Virus record (IMG/VR): IMGVR_UViG_3300035135_001001 | Coordinates: 1-36,390 of that record | DNA length: 36,390 nucleotides | Strand: one strand, 5' to 3' | Source: a virus | Lineage: Duplodnaviria; Caudoviricetes | Shown: in pieces, positions 36,101 through 36,390 of the stretch | Layout: the number at the start of each line of letters is the position of its first letter | How positions within the stretch are numbered: the first letter of the stretch is position 1 | Program-made: the position numbers and the translations under genes | Notes under the pieces: generated by a model | The model's input: the letters and a program-made list of their open reading frames with translations, nothing else | Database searches by the model: none | What the model was told of the DNA's origin: nothing

Positions 36101-36390
36101 AGCTCCGACGATCAGTCTGCCGCTATTGCTCTAGTGCAGTGTGATGCCGACCCAGACCAATCTGGATTGGCGTTTTTTTACCACGGCAGTAACACTAGAA
36201 CTGTTGATCTAGTCGAAGGGATGCGTCTCGATAATGACGGTCGCCTTGGTATTGGAATCGACAATATAGAAAAAGAGCTTGAAGTTCAGTTAGCTAATAC
36301 TACTACTACAACATTAGGCCAAAAAGGAGGTTTACAGTTTAGGTCTGCTTCTTCAACCGTTGGTAATGGTGGCGAAATTACTTGGGCTAG
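33185..36390 (+). CDS. long modular tail fibre, N-terminal part (total ~1271 aa with 1..737); missing from ORF track
   Basis: ATG 33185 MATIVTR..KGSPLTNAEVD.NF.NLN; frame matches the junction; repeated GIDDNA and E.MRI modules. Confidence 0.88.
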   Translation, partial: MATIVTRETTQTDGTSPKGSPLTNAEVDTNFINLNDDKVEVSGAIIFQAQAGEALTKGDVVYVSGVSGNTPVVSKADADDASKMPAYGLAEADANLNAAVNVVTFGTLYDLDTSSFAAGDIVYVSTTAGAITDTAPTGESSLLQNIGTVIRSHASAGSIKVGGAGRTNATPNLNDGNVFIGNASNQAEARALTGDDISGGTITSFASTGIDDNATSTAITIDSSQNTTFAGTITSGDIIISEGTPLLRIQDSDGTNQYTQLTNTNGNTYVGSRNDTADGNILIGGYGGGSFTEFARWSDAGNLTQKNNLIVQGAFTSLGIDDNASSTVMTIGSGETTFASDIVISASSPSITLDNSDNPDAELQVVVGSGSSFYRARGATGHGVHVFQRTNGTDTLKVFQTNSSGDVIFYENDGVTSGLTWDASASKLTNFTSTGIDDNANDTAITIDTNENVGIGVTDPDNLLTVGGGTQPRILIRANGDAGASQLNFGDASDIDVGRLRYDHSDDSMGFFTSATERLRVTSNGNLLIGRETETLGGGNGDDLQIGSGGGGAGLTIHSSTTSNGDIQFADGTTGNSSYRGLIRYLHAQDALDFWTAGTQRIRIDSDGETSFFGGGVSLAKIGNIGPSSNSAIRISRIDSTVSTGNPLGYLEFGSNDATGSTDTPFAYVAAEAEGTFASADNPTALAFGVTPDGSGAVAEAMRITNAGELHLYSGAIDLTDQEDPSLPVRVESTGTLGNGGAGYDSSIENSGQLQLNAASVLITDNSTVASGFPTAWYEINNGFSWGKGSSTIMSVDGTDSVYEASAEHSFTVNGVEELRITNTETSVFGTSGDIFTLVDTNLTASASNIGNVRIAWDDSAGTRAAYVGTVNSGDFFVNNQYGSVKLTSAGSTKLTTVSDGIDVTGGVTASGTTILGNTTTGSGSPRLYVEATGNYTRDYDTGVTGIHVGCNNGTAAEGAYGGSISFGRISSSSDDQSAAIALVQCDADPDQSGLAFFYHGSNTRTVDLVEGMRLDNDGRLGIGIDNIEKELEVQLANTTTTTLGQKGGLQFRSASSTVGNGGEITWA
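36264..36390. repeat. second copy of the 127-bp terminal overlap
   Basis: identical to 1..127. Confidence 0.95.

Noticed and set aside
33185-36390. Diversity-generating retroelement or invertase shufflon acting on the fibre
   Set aside because: No reverse transcriptase or recombinase gene, and no long TR/VR pair differing at adenines

Overview
Apparently complete, circularly permuted genome (36,263 bp after removing a 127-bp end overlap) of a lambda-like siphovirus. It is probably marine and possibly infects Gammaproteobacteria (inference from fibre motifs and the SSB). Every credible gene is on the + strand, and I see no integrase or divergent repressor. Gene order: tail-fibre C-terminus and lysis (1-3.2 kb); recombination/replication with an iteron origin inside the initiator gene (3.4-7.1 kb); nin-like genes (7.1-10.7 kb); a displaced neck gene; a C5 cytosine methyltransferase with a nested +1-frame ORF; an 11-bp phased repeat array (12.7-13.0 kb); a GCGC-rich operon of small proteins ending near the probable cos site (13.2-16.1 kb); then terminase, portal, fused protease-capsid, tail and a ~1271-aa fibre spanning the junction. 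The most notable feature is the 10.2-16.2 kb block. It could be a first-ejected anti-defence leading region bounded by an array whose unit recurs, in the same orientation, upstream of the MTase and at the putative cos. All family calls are from motif recognition, not database searches, and counts are by hand.
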